Of a stretch of 64,000 nt of DNA, positions 13,327-25,515 are shown piece after piece. The number at the start of each line of letters is the position of its first letter. Within the stretch, counting starts at the first letter, position 1. Below the pieces are notes generated by a model. That model worked only from the letters and a program-made list of their open reading frames with translations, did no database searches and was not told where the DNA came from. The position numbers were made by a program, and so were the translations under genes. The stretch spans positions 496,001 to 560,000 of the forward strand of contig JASVEC010000002.1 in assembly GCA_030770535.1 (NCBI GenBank). The letters run 5' to 3'. The stretch comes from Batkoa obscura. Taxonomy: Eukaryota.

Positions 13327-13938
13327 ATATGTTTTTTAATAAAGCTATTAAGTTTTATAGTATTTTATATAAATTTCATAATAATCTTATATAGTTTATT
13401 TAACTCTAATGATTAAATATTGACTTTTACAATTATAAAGTAGATATAAAATCAATATATAAATATGTATTTAAAGCTTTTAAAACTTTGATTTTTTTTA
13501 TAATTACATTTTTTAATATTAATTTAAATTTAAATTAGAAACTAAAAATCAAAAATAGTTTCAAATTAATTTTTAGCAGTTATTAAAACTTTCTAACCTT
13601 ATTAATATAATATTTAATCCTCAATAAAAAAATAAAAAAAATTTCTAGTCAATAACTTGTTATAAATTAAAAAATCTTAGTTCGTTCAATCAAAATGAAG
13701 TTGTTATTTAAAAAATAGCATGTAATAATAAGTCAATTATATAAAGTACTGAAAAAAATTATAAAAAAAGTATTAAAATAAATTTGTTAAAACTAAAAAC
13801 AATAAAACTTAAATAAAAAACCCAATAATATAAGTTTTTTTATATTTTATATTAAAGTATTATATACATAATATACTATTCATTATAACATAACAAATCA
13901 ACTTTTAAATACAAACTTCAAAAACAAAAATAATATTT

Positions 13939-14036
13939 GGGGATATGTTTTTGTGTTTAAGAATTTCATTAACAAATTTTCCACTTAAATAGCGCTTAAA
14001 AAATGGAAAAAGTAATGAAATCAAAAAAACACTCTC
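13939..14036 (+). mobile_element. ~100-bp MITE copy
   Basis: Full-length; ATTT/ATTT TSD. Confidence 0.9.
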
Positions 14037-14142
14037 ATTTTTTGCAATTAAAGAGCAAAATTTTTTATAGCAGTTTTAAATAAAAAAATCGTAAATTGAT
14101 TTTAATAATACAATTTCTGAAATTAAGTTAGATTTATTATAT

Positions 14143-14236
14143 GAGGATGTTTTTTTGATTTCATTACTCCTTCGATTTTATAAGCGCTATTTGAACGGAA
14201 AATTTGTTAGTAAAATTCTTAAAAAAATATATTCCC
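14143..14236 (-). mobile_element. ~100-bp MITE copy
   Basis: Reverse orientation; ATAT/ATAT TSD. Confidence 0.85.
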
Positions 14237-14290
14237 ATATAGTATAGTTAATTTGGTTATATTTGAAATAGCCAATTAAATAAGGAGGGT

Positions 14291-14388
14291 ATGGATATAT
14301 TCTTTTATTTGAGAATTTTATTAATAAATTTTCCGCTCAAATAGCGCTTAAGAAATCGAAAAATTGATAAAGTCAAAAAAAACACCAT
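14291..14388 (+). mobile_element. Degenerate MITE copy
   Basis: Core ttttccgctcaaatagcgcttaa is intact; the ends are eroded. Confidence 0.75.
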
Positions 14389-14411
14389 TAGGGGGATGTC
14401 TGGATTAGTTT

Positions 14412-14875
14412 TGTGAAATATCGCTTTGTCAGTCCCATGGTTAATTATAGCATAACAATCGCCTAAGCTGTTGTGTTCTCGAGTTCAGAGGAAATCAATC
14501 CCATGTTCTTATTTTGATTTGTTATGAGAATTTCTAGCTCCATCCAAAAGAATATTATCTTCTCGTTTTGATATTTATACTTACTGGAGTATAAAAGAGA
14601 TTCTAAAACATAATAGCTTGAGGCTTTTTAACTGAATTATTCCCTGATATCTCGAACATTTAATAAAGTCACTAAGTTTTCTTAATAGTATTTTACGTAG
14701 ATTTTACATTAGTATTGTCTATTCTATTTGTCTTATATAGCTTGTAACCTATTACGTACTATTCCTAATAATCCAAGTCTATCTTAGTCACATAAACTAA
14801 GACTTTTCAACTTATAGTGTAGTCAACCCAGCAATAGCTGTTCTTGACTCCAAACCCTGAGTACCAGATTTCACA
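14412..14875 (-). mobile_element. Solo-LTR-like element, copy A (464 bp)
   Basis: TGTGAAAT...ATTTCACA termini. Near-identical reverse complement of 28387-28850. No matching TSD. Confidence 0.8.
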
Positions 14876-14877
14876 AT

Positions 14878-14973
14878 GAGGATGTTTTTTTGGCTTCACC
14901 ACTTTTTCATTTTTGAAGTGCTATTTGAATAGAAAGATTATCAATAAAATTCTTAAACAAAAAATACATCCCC
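14878..14973 (-). mobile_element. ~100-bp MITE copy
   Basis: gaggatg...catcccc; abuts LTR-like copy A. Confidence 0.85.
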
Positions 14974-15042
14974 AAATAATGATTTTTTAAAATAAAAATT
15001 CAAAAAACCAACACTTTTTAGTTATATTAAGGTTTATTATAT

Positions 15043-15243
15043 GGGGATGCATTTTTGTGTTTAAAAATTTTACTAACAAATTTTCCGCTTAAATAGCGCT
15101 TAAAAAATGGAAAAAATAATGAAGTCAAAAAAAACACTCCCCCATATAGTGATGTATTTTTGAAGAATTTTGCTAACAATCTTTCCACTCAAATAACGCT
15201 TAAAAAAAATGGAAAAAGTAATGATGCCAAAAAAAACATCCCC
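15043..15243 (+). mobile_element. Head-to-tail MITE dimer (15043-15143 and 15148-15243)
   Basis: Structure is ATAT-[MITE]-ATAT-[MITE]-ATAT. Confidence 0.9.
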
Positions 15244-15574
15244 ATATAAAAATTTTAAAAAAATATATTAGTAGATGTTTTTTAAGGCTACTATTATGTA
15301 TTTAGTATTTTTTAAAATTATTTGATTTAGTAATAAAATAATCTTTGAGATTCTTAAAAAAATTGATCTTAAACAAAAAATAATTTTTAAAAGCTAATAA
15401 AAATATCATTAGAAGTTTTATAGTTAAAAGAAGAGATTTATGTTAAATTACATTTTTACACTATTTTTAGTTATTCTTTTGATTTTTTAATATAAAAATT
15501 ATAAAAATTAATAAACAACTTTACAATAACAAAACATTTATTTTTTGACAATTTCAATATTATATTTTTACAAG

Positions 15575-16706
15575 TTAAATAGTATAATAACAAAGTGACT
15601 GCTCCATTTTTTGATGCTCAAATTTTTCAACCTCTTTTAAGCAATCATCTAATTCAGTTATTTTTTTCTTTTAAACATTTAATTTGCATTTTGAAAACAC
15701 AATAATAAATTACCTTTTCATATTTCCAAGTTTTATAATTTATTAGTTTGTAAATAATTTCACCATTTTTCCGAATTATTTTATCATCAACTTTATATTT
15801 AATTTTTAGAGGGTCATTCAATTTATATCTATACTTGAATTAACATTTCCACTTAATATCAATGGTAATAATTACCTCCTACTGGTTGATTTGACTAAGA
15901 TTTTAGGTTGGCCAACATCTTTTAGTCTATGTATTTCATACTTTGAATCCAATGTTAAACTTGGTAGAATTATAAGATTATTAAAAGCGCTAAGAAAGTA
16001 AACAAAATTAAATAAATATGCATAGTCTTTGTTACTAAGGTAACTGTTTAAAAATGTGTAACACAAATTTTCTAAATGAGGTTGTAGCTTAAATATATTA
16101 ATGTATTTCGCCAGCTTTAACAACAAATCTCTATCTCGGTTATCATAGTTAGCTATTTCATCCTTTAATTGCTTTACTCTGCTAAGATCCTTATCTTGAT
16201 CTGATTCAATAAAATAATGGCTCGGGTTCTCGAATTTGATGCGTATCTCAGTTGGTAAAAGTTGAAAAATATCATCTCTAATATTGATTTTTTTGAGCTC
16301 AACACGGCCATTTATAATTATAGGTACAGTGTATACTTTACCATCAAATTTTTTGATTGACTTATTCAATCTGTAGTTCAATGTTGCTTCTGATTCACCA
16401 AAGCCTTCGCTATCTGAATTTGAGGATATAGTAATTATCTCAGACCAAGTAGATTTGATTCTTTTAATTCCTCTAGTCAAAAATGAATCACTATTTTCAA
16501 ATGAAATCCTTTCTACTTGAAATTAATAAATAAATTAAGCGTTTGATATTTTTACCTGTTATACTATCAGCATCACCAATTATTATTATTTCTTGATCAC
16601 TTCCTTTATTTTTATTTGGAGTTATCTGGCTATTTTCATTTGAGTAATTGTTGTCACTATTCCTACTTAAATTTAAATCTAATTCGCCTGAATTTTTCGC
16701 AATCAT
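15575..16706 (-). CDS. Hypothetical protein, 4 predicted exons
   Basis: ORFs 16497-16706 and 15872-16480 join in frame through intron 16513-16555. Two further GT-AG introns extend the frame to a TAA at 15575. Confidence 0.6.
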
Positions 16707-17498
16707 TCTTAAAGAATATTTTAAACAGAGTTAAAATCAAAATTTAAAAACTACAATTAAATAAAATTTTAAGTTGAATTTTTTATAGTTACTATTTAAT
16801 TTTCATCAAATCATTGTTGATAGTACTATATATAGCATGAGTTTCAATGATATATCCAATAAAATAGCATTTTGTTAAAAGCCAACTACTTTGGCCAATT
16901 AAAATTACTATATATTATAAATTTTATATTTAAAAGCTAAGTATAATTTTATTATATTTATTACTTTTTACAATTTAGAAATCTAATAAAATAGAATTTT
17001 ACACTATTGTAATCTAATTGTTTAATTATTTAATTATTTAAAATTAAAATTTTATTAAATTAGTCAAAAGCTAAAAAATGAAAAACCAAAAATATAAATA
17101 AATAAATGACTGACTTTAAAATTATTACAAATAAAATTGCAGCAGCTATAATAAATAAGTATATATATTTATACTTTTTTATTAACTTGTTTTATGTATA
17201 TTATTTTTGGTAATTTTTAAACTTTTATTAAACTTCCATTTTTAAATATATGAATATTAATTTTTATTTTTAAATTAAACTGTTTACTATTAGATTATCT
17301 GAATAATTTAATTATGATATTACAATACAAACTTATTACAAATATAAAAGTTATTATTTCCAAAATTGTTATATTTTGATTAAAAACCTATCAAATAAAA
17401 TAATGTCACTCATATAAATTTTAAAAATTAATTTTATAACTTACATCTTAATCATTTAAATATTAATATATTTTATTTTTATATTAAAATTTATATAT

Positions 17499-17595
17499 GG
17501 GGATGTATTTTTTTATTTAAGAATTTTACTAGCAATCCTTCCACTCAAATAGTGCTTAAAAACGTAAAAACTAATAAAGCCAAAAAGACCTCCTC
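17499..17595 (+). mobile_element. ~100-bp MITE copy
   Basis: ggggatgt...tcctc. Confidence 0.85.
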
Positions 17596-17831
17596 ATTTA
17601 GTAATTTTAAAAATAATAGCTTTTATATTCATAATAAAATTATACTATAATATTTTAATGATCATGTTTATTCAAATTAGCTGATAATAATTACCAAAAT
17701 TAAAAATAAATTTTCAAATTAAAAAATACTAATATTAGGAGAAACTTTAAATACAATCATTACAATTTTAGTTATAAATTAATTAAAGACTAAAAAATCT
17801 GAAATTTAACGATATTTTCCAGCTATATTAT

Positions 17832-17928
17832 GGGGATGTGTTTTTGTGTTTAAGGATTTTATCAACGATTTTTCCGCTGAAATGGCGATTAAAAGATATA
17901 AAAAGTAATGAAGCCAAAAAACACCCCC
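17832..17928 (+). mobile_element. ~100-bp MITE copy
   Basis: ggggatgt...caccccc. Confidence 0.85.
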
Positions 17929-17936
17929 ATACTAAT

Positions 17937-18432
17937 TATGAAATCTGGTACTCAGTGGTTGGAATCAAAAGCACTCATTGTTTGATTGACTAGCTATAAG
18001 TCGAAAGGTCTTAGTTTCTATGACTAAGATAGACTTGAATTACGAAGAATAGCACGTAATAGGTTACAAGCTATATAAGACAAATAGAATAGATAATACT
18101 AATGTAAAATCTACGTAAAACATTATTAAGAAAACTCAATGGCTTTACTAAATGTTCGAGATATCAGGGAATAATTCAGTTAAAAAGCCTCGAGTTACTA
18201 TATTCTAAAAGCTCTTTTATACTCCGACAAGTACAAATATCAAATCAAGAGGATAATGTTCTTTGGAATGTTAGTTAGAGATTCGGATAATGTTCTTTGG
18301 AATGTTAGTTAGAGATTCTCAACAAATCAATACAAGAGCATGGGATTGATTGTCTCCAAACTCGAGAATATAACAACTTAAGTGATTATTATACCATAAT
18401 CAATCATGAAGCTGATAAAGCGATATTTCGCA
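17937..18432 (+). mobile_element. Solo-LTR-like element, copy D (more diverged; internal 34-bp tandem duplication at 18251-18318)
   Basis: TATGAAAT...ATTTCGCA termini, collinear with the other copies; flanks TAAT/TTAT. Confidence 0.8.
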
Positions 18433-18602
18433 TTATTTATTTTATTTTTTTAGTTATATTTGTTATTATTATTTATTGCTGTTTATAGTTTGTTAATAAA
18501 TTTTTTATATTTTTTATATTTTTTATATTTCATATAACTTATTTTTTGTTATGTTTTACGTTTTAAATAATTTATATTTATATAAAAAATACCCTAATAT
18601 GT

Positions 18603-18701
18603 GGGGATGTATTTTTTTATTTAAGAATTTTACTAACAATTTTTCCGCTCAAATAGCGCTTAAAAGGTGGAAAAAGTAATGAACTCAAAAAAATCATCCT
18701 C
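18603..18701 (+). mobile_element. ~100-bp MITE copy
   Basis: Full-length; ATGT/ATGT TSD. Confidence 0.9.
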
Positions 18702-18815
18702 ATGTTTTTTATTTAAGATTTTTCTTGATAATTTTTTTTACTTAATAAGAGTTAAAAGAATGATTATAAATATAATTAAAGAAGTGTTGTTATTTTAAAA
18801 ATATACATTTTATAT

Positions 18816-18902
18816 AGGAGTGTTTTCTTGTTTCACCTTCTTTCCTTTTTAAGCAATATTAGGTGAAAAAAGTATTAGTAAATTTCAAACAAAAATATCC
18901 CC
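18816..18902 (-). mobile_element. Degenerate MITE copy
   Basis: aggagtgtttt...atatcccc; ATAT flanks. Confidence 0.7.
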
Positions 18903-19695
18903 ATATATTTAATTTGACATATTTGGCACATACAAAATTAATTTTCGTCTTTATGAAAGTTAAGTTATTTGATGAAGTTTAAAATCTAAAAATTATTTAA
19001 AATCCTAAAGTTTTTAAAAACACTGATGACAAACAACCATCAAACGATTAAAATCTCTTTAAAGGTGATTGTGCTTAAAGTTACTATGAAAACAACAAAG
19101 TTTTAAAAAATACATCATAAAAAATAGTGATTTTTTATTTATTTTGTTTTTAATTTTATCTAAATGGAACATTTGACCTATATCACGTTTCGAAGAATTC
19201 TAGAGGCTAATGACCTTTTTATTTTAGCTTTTTAAGGTCTAATTAATACACTCACTCTATGTATTTCAAAGCCACTAGCTTTTTTGAGTATTATCCTTCA
19301 TTTGATCAAAATATTTGCCGCTCATCAATTTTTGATCCTTTGGGGTAAAAGATGAAAATGTAAAAAAGGGGTGTGTACCAAAATTGATACAGCTGTTTAC
19401 GTTCAAATGTGAAATTTTTTTTCAAAAAATTCGGTTACTATTTTCTAGGTAGTTTTTTAAATCCTGATTCTTAGGGTCTAAACGAAATTTGTATCTAAAA
19501 ACTTATCCTTAAATAAACGGTTAACTACTGTACAATCAAACTTAAACACCTGTAAATTTATGAACTAAAACAAATCAACAAAAGTGGAGTGAATTCAATT
19601 TACCTAATAAATTAGCGGGGAATTGAAATTGATAAAATTGTAATGCTTATGAGCTATACTATAAAAACTCAAAAAAAGAGGCAACTAAAACACAA

Positions 19696-21927
19696 ATGTT
19701 GACAACTTTAAAATTTAGCGATGATGTACACGAGAGAAGGTACTACGGTGATTTAAAACCCAAAGAAAAGGTTTATTTAATTGCTCAAGAAGCAAAGCGC
19801 GAAATACCAAACTACTTTAAATCTTTTTTCCCCATTTTTGGTTGGATTCCTAATTATAATCGTAAATGGATATTGGGTGATTTAATTGCTGGGATTACCG
19901 TGGGAATCATGGTTGTTCCTCAATCTTTAGCTTATGCTAAACTTGCTAATTTACCTGTAGTATATGGACTATACACTGCTTTTGCTTGTGTTGTTTTATA
20001 CCCTCTCATGGGTACCTCTAGAGAAGTCTCTGTTGGCCCAACTGCTATGTTGTCTCTGTTGATTGGATCTTCTATCAACAGAATAACAAAGGAAAGTTCT
20101 GAGTTTTCTGCAATAGATATTGCAGTTGCTTTGACCTTTTTAAGTTCTATTGTTACAGCTTTATTAGGAATTTTGAGGTTAGGGATCATTTTAGATTTAA
20201 TACCGAATCCGGTAATCATGGGTTTTACTTCTGGCGCTGCATTAACGATTATTTTAACACAAGTCCCTACTCTCCTCGGGATCCCAAATGTATTTTCAAG
20301 CGATCCAACTATAACTGTCATTTACAACTTATTTTCTAATATTCCCAAACTCAACTGGATAGATTTAGTATTTGGAATAAGTTCTTTTATATTTATATAT
20401 GGTTTAAACTTTATCTCTAAGAAAATGAGTTCAAAGTATCCAATCATGAGATTCTTAAAGGTTGCTTCGAATGGGTTAGCAGTATTAATCTTTACAATTA
20501 TTTCATTCGTGATATATAAAGCTCAACCCACTTTTAATCTAAAAATTGTTAAAACGGTACCCCAAGGTTTTAGTTATATAGGTGTACCCAACCTTGATCC
20601 TAAACTATTATCTGCAGTTTCTTTTGATATCCTACCTGCAATTTTAATAGGTGTTTTAGAACATGTAGCTTTATGTAAAGCTTTTGCAAGACAAGCCAGT
20701 TATCAAATCTCATCATCCCAGGAGCTGTTTGCTTTAGGAATTAGTAATTTGTGCGCCTCATTTTTTTCAGCTTATCCTGCTACTGGTTCCTTTTCAAGAT
20801 CCGCAGTAATATCTCAATCAGGGGTACACACTCCATTAGCTAGTTTATTTACAGGTGTAGTTGTTTTGATGGCATTGAGTTTTCTTACACCTGCTTTTTA
20901 TTATATCCCGAATGCCACTTTAGCCGCTATCATCGTTGTTTCAGCTTCCTCATTGATATCTTCATATAAGACTGTTTTTCATTTATGGAAAATTCAACCC
21001 ACCGATTGTTTAGTTTTTCTGTTAGCAGCTTTGGCTACTTTTTTTGCAGGAACTGAGATTGGTATTGGATCTTCCTTAGGCTTAGCGTTTTTAATATTAA
21101 TCTATCGCATTGCACGTCCACACCTTTATTTATTATCTCAAGTTATTAATCGAACCAATGTATTTATTGACCATAAACATCCAGCTTATGACACTAAGTT
21201 TCCATTGCCTGGTGTTTTAATTTTCAAACCTCAAGAGTCTTTAATCTTTCCTAATATTGATTACTTTAAAACTTGTATTTTAGATTTAGTCCTAGAAGCT
21301 ACTAAAAGTGGTGCTCCACCTACAAAATCCGAAAATAAATTATGGTGTGAAGATTTGGAACAAAGAGGGCATAAGCTTCGTAAATTACGTGAAGAAAAGA
21401 CCGGAATTGCTGCTCCAAGTGTTGATTCTTTGCCTTTACTTAAAGCAATCATTTTGGACTTTGGCTCTGTTAATCTCATCGATTCTTCTGGACTGGAAGG
21501 TTTATTCGATATCAGAGATACCTTATCCAAATACGCCGGGGTAGAAGCACTCAACAAATCATCTCTAGAAAACAATAAAGAGCCCGAAAAACTGGACTCT
21601 ATAGAAGAAATCAATGAAGAGTTTATAGAAAGCCCAAACAATCAATTAAATGATGGTTTTTTTGAAATTCACTTTGTATCCACTCATCCTCAAGTACTTA
21701 AAGTGTTAGAATTGTCTGGAATTACTACTCCAGTTGCCCCAATCATCCTTCCTTCTGTAGTAAAGCATTTAACCGCAAATACTATGTCGGTTCAAGACAG
21801 TGTAATGACTACATCTAGTCTTGCAGCAGGTATTGAACCGATTGTAAGTAACGCTTCTTTATTTGTACATCTTACAGTAGGCGATGCCGTTAAAAGAGTG
21901 CGTAAAAGGATGGTAAAAATCAAATAA
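19696..21927 (+). CDS. SulP/SLC26 sulfate/anion permease with STAS domain, paralog 1 (intronless)
   Basis: DLIAGITVG...PQSLAYAKLA, GTSREVSVGPTA, SQELFALG, ATGSFSRSA and STAS DFGSVNLIDSSG motifs. Confidence 0.95.
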   Translation: MLTTLKFSDDVHERRYYGDLKPKEKVYLIAQEAKREIPNYFKSFFPIFGWIPNYNRKWILGDLIAGITVGIMVVPQSLAYAKLANLPVVYGLYTAFACVVLYPLMGTSREVSVGPTAMLSLLIGSSINRITKESSEFSAIDIAVALTFLSSIVTALLGILRLGIILDLIPNPVIMGFTSGAALTIILTQVPTLLGIPNVFSSDPTITVIYNLFSNIPKLNWIDLVFGISSFIFIYGLNFISKKMSSKYPIMRFLKVASNGLAVLIFTIISFVIYKAQPTFNLKIVKTVPQGFSYIGVPNLDPKLLSAVSFDILPAILIGVLEHVALCKAFARQASYQISSSQELFALGISNLCASFFSAYPATGSFSRSAVISQSGVHTPLASLFTGVVVLMALSFLTPAFYYIPNATLAAIIVVSASSLISSYKTVFHLWKIQPTDCLVFLLAALATFFAGTEIGIGSSLGLAFLILIYRIARPHLYLLSQVINRTNVFIDHKHPAYDTKFPLPGVLIFKPQESLIFPNIDYFKTCILDLVLEATKSGAPPTKSENKLWCEDLEQRGHKLRKLREEKTGIAAPSVDSLPLLKAIILDFGSVNLIDSSGLEGLFDIRDTLSKYAGVEALNKSSLENNKEPEKLDSIEEINEEFIESPNNQLNDGFFEIHFVSTHPQVLKVLELSGITTPVAPIILPSVVKHLTANTMSVQDSVMTTSSLAAGIEPIVSNASLFVHLTVGDAVKRVRKRMVKIK

Positions 21928-22243
21928 ATTAACTTAATATTAGACGACTATGTCAAATAGATCATTCATTTAGTTAGAATTTTAAAATAAAGTTAGGTCT
22001 TGCACTTAGCATGTTGAAAATTGAAACCAATTTCAATATAATATACAATGCTAAAAGGCATGTTATTAGTACGTTATAAAATAAAAAAGTAATCAAGTTA
22101 TTTGTTTTTTCGAATTTAGATTCATCCTATTTTTGTCTACACCATTAAATCTCATTATTTTTGTCATATTTTATTCTAGACATTAAATCTTAAATTTCGT
22201 TTTCAAATTCAAATCATCACTTTTTAGAATTCAATTTCAAAAA

Positions 22244-23914
22244 ATGAATCGAACGATGATATTAAATATAAGAAATCTAAAGTATAGAACTTTAGGCAGC
22301 TCAAAATATATAACAAATTTATTGTATAAAGGTAATTCAATTGAATATGCTTCAGTGGACGAAAAGAAGGGATTATCGAATACCAACTATTTAAAAAGAA
22401 CATATACAAGTAAAGTGGTAATTGACAACGAGATTATGAATAATGATGAGAAGGATGTAGTAATTGTTGGAGGTGGTGCCGCAGGGTTGGCATTAGCATG
22501 CGGTTTAGGTAACCAAGTTATCAAGCAACTATCTTTTTATTAATTTTTAGCCCATGACCTATTAACCAAAGGGCCACTTTCATATACCCCAAAGCTCGCT
22601 TTAGTTGAAAAGTTTAAGTTACCAAAGGTAAGAGATCCAAGTGCAGAACCCTTACCATTTTCAAATCGAGTTGTTTCATTGACACCATCTAGTAAGCAAT
22701 TTCTAGAGTCCATTGATGTTTGGGAAAAGATAGATCTTTCTAGAGTAAGACCTTATAAGAATATTAAAGTTTGGGATGCTATTGGTAAAGGAGAGTTAGA
22801 GTTTGAAACAGATCAAGACTCAACAATGGCCTATATGATTGAATTAAACAATCTTACTTCTGCTTTAATGTCAAAGATTAATGAGGCTATTGAATCTGGA
22901 ATAAACATTGAGTTACTCGAAGGTTGTAACTTGGATGAAATACAAAAGGCTGATTTAAATGAGAACTTAGATTGGCCTAAACTAAGTTTACAAAATGGAA
23001 CTAGAAATATTAGAAGTAGATTATTAGTCGGGGCTGATGGAGCTAACTCTAAAGTAAGATTATTTGCTGATATTGAGTCTTTTGGTTGGGATTATTCGCA
23101 AAGAGGAGTGGTTGCCACTGTTGTATTTGATCCACCGTTAAAAGAAGAAGATCCTTTCGTTGGATACCAAAGATTTTTACCAACCGGACCAATAGCCTTA
23201 TTACCCTTAGATAAACAGCACTCTAATTTGGTTTGGTCCATGACCCCAAAGATGGCAGAAAATATAAAATTATTAAGTTCAAATATGGTATCCAAGTTAA
23301 TAAAAGCCGCTTTTTCTGCAGAAGAAGGTGATCTTCAATATATTATAAACCAATTAGAAAATGGAACAATAGAAGTCTGTGATTTAGAATTAGATTGGAG
23401 ACCAAAGTTTACTTCACCAGCTTCATCAAACTCTTTCCCATCAATTAGCAACATTGTAGATAACACAGTGGCTTCTTTCCCATTGAAGTTACGCCACGTA
23501 TCTAGATATGTTATCCCCCGTATTACACTCATTGGGTAACTTTAGCTTTTTATTTAATAAAAATAACTAATTTGTTCTTTTTTAAGGGATGCTGCTCACT
23601 CGATGCATCCACTTGCTGGACAAGGCTTAAACCTTGGTTTAGGAGACGTTGAAAGTCTTACCAAACAACTAACTAGAGGTTGGAGAGGAGGTGTTGATCT
23701 TGGTGATGCTAATTTACTTCAAGGTTATCCTTCAGAACGCTATTTCCATAACTCAGCCATGTTAGGGGCAACTGATAAATTGTATCGTTTATTCAGGGCT
23801 ACAGATCCCGTAACTACTACTATTAGATCATTTGGCTTTAATTTGATAAATTATGGACTTCCTAACTTTGTCAAACAGGCTATCGTTAAAGCTGCTTCTG
23901 GAACTGGAGTTTAA
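22244..23914 (+). CDS. COQ6: Ubiquinone biosynthesis FAD monooxygenase COQ6, 2 introns
   Basis: DVVIVGGGAAG, LLVGADGANSKVR, QRFLPTGPIALLPL and GDAAHSMHPLAGQGLNLGLGDV motifs. Confidence 0.93.
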
Positions 23915-24237
23915 CTTTGTTTATAAAAGTTTTAAATTTTAGATTATGATTTAAAAATTTTAATATTTAATTTAAAATTGATTTTTCTATTGGCTCATGT
24001 ATCTAAATAGTTCAAAAAACATAACCTATAAAGTATTATTACATAAAAACCAATTAAAAATATAAAAGAAACATCAATAGTTAGAGTGAATTAAATGATT
24101 GCTATTACTAAATAACTTTAATCTTAGTAATTTTATAAAATATCATTTTTAAACGAAAATTTAATTTTCAGCTTCACAATTAAAATATTATTGCAAATTA
24201 ATCTCTTAAAAAAGCAATTATTTCAAATTTTAGCAGC

Positions 24238-25271
24238 TTAAGAAGAACCATCACCACTAGGTACTTTGTTTACTTTAGGACTGGTAAGATTATATTCGTA
24301 AGCGAAATAAGTAAACTTAATAAAGATAGAAAATCCAATATGTATCAAAATAGCTAACATAAGTAATCCAGAGCGCATACCAGCTGATTCCGATCTTTTA
24401 AACACAGGGTAGATATTTACTGCTAAAAAATACCCAGAATATACAGAAAAGGCAATCACAGTAAGCCATCTTACCCAAGGATAATTGATACCGCAAAGGA
24501 TCTAAAATGAGGTTATTAAATCTTAATAAATTGTTCATGTTAAAACAACTTACAGCAGCCGGGACCCAAATTATCATAGAATAACCATACACTGTAATGA
24601 GGTCCAAAAGTACAGGTCTAGCATTGAAATAATTGGCGGTAAAATAGAACAAAGTAGGTATTAAAAAGGTATAAAAATAAACTGAAAATAGAGAAGTCCA
24701 AATCATATTAAAGTCATACACAAAATCAATTTCTAAAAAAAAGGCACCAATACTTGTCATCAAAGAAGACACTGCAAACATTGTACAAGCTACTAAGGTT
24801 GAGATCCAAAAAGGTCCATATAAATCCGGTTTTATGGATATGTTTTCTAAAAATCTATCTCCCCCTGTCTTTATTAAAAACACTTGTTTAATCCTTTGTA
24901 TTACTTCTTCAGTATCCACATCAAAATATTGGGCATAAGAATCAATTGAAAGCCATTTATTAGTAGCAGAAGTTCCACTTTGTGGTACGGAGTCCGGATT
25001 AAAGCCAGAGTTGAAATCTAAGTCTTAATAAAGTCATTTTAATTAAAGATTATAAGGCTTACTTTGATTATATTGTTGATCAGTAACTGTTGAATTTCCT
25101 GGAATCGCATTTTCTTGTGATAAAGCTGAAAAGTCTTGAAACTCTAATTCTGGGGCATCCATAAGGTCCTTAATTGTGTAAAGTTATGTTTAAAATATAC
25201 TTTTCATAGTCCAAATAACTACTTACATCGTCTACCTCAACTACTGCTGAATATTCTCCCTTTGAACCCAT
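24238..25271 (-). CDS. Yip1-domain Golgi membrane protein (YIPF1/Yip5-like), multi-exon
   Basis: YFDVDTEEV..RI, PDLYGPFWISTL and YGYSMIIWVP motifs. ATG at 25271 (MGSKGEYSAVVEVDD) with GT-AG introns. Confidence 0.88.
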
Positions 25272-25431
25272 AATTTTTTTCCTTATTTCTTTGATATAAA
25301 ATCTAAAAATTATCTTTTTGATAATAATCAAGTTTTGATTTTACCAATAAACTTCAAATACCAAGAAATTGATGACACATAAGCTTTTAGGTTTATAAAT
25401 TTATATAAATTTTTTAGATTAAACTCGTTAT

Positions 25432-25515
25432 GGCAACCTGGCCGAGTGGTCCAAGGCGTTGCGTTCAGGTCGCAATCTACATTCGTAGGCGCAGGTTCGA
25501 ACCCTGCGGTTGTCA
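25432..25515 (+). tRNA. tRNA-Leu(CAG), intronless
   Basis: Acceptor GGCAACC/GGTTGTC with A73, D-arm GCC/GGC, anticodon stem TTGCG/CGCAA with loop TTCAGGT, long variable arm CTAC/GTAG, and T-arm GCAGG-TTCGAAC-CCTGC. A T-run terminator follows. Confidence 0.95.

Noticed and set aside
13230..15243. Clustered repeats as a CRISPR-like array
   Set aside because: Mixed orientation, irregular spacing, TIRs with TSDs and a eukaryotic context indicate MITEs.
19932..21641. Antisense ORFs within the SulP genes (also 51136, 52189, 56804, 58103)
   Set aside because: Shadows of the sense codon pattern; they recur only because the host genes are paralogs.
25432..25515. Possible CUG-recoding tRNA(CAG)
   Set aside because: It has the A73 discriminator, U33 and an ordinary Leu-type long variable arm; there are no Ser/Ala identity signs.
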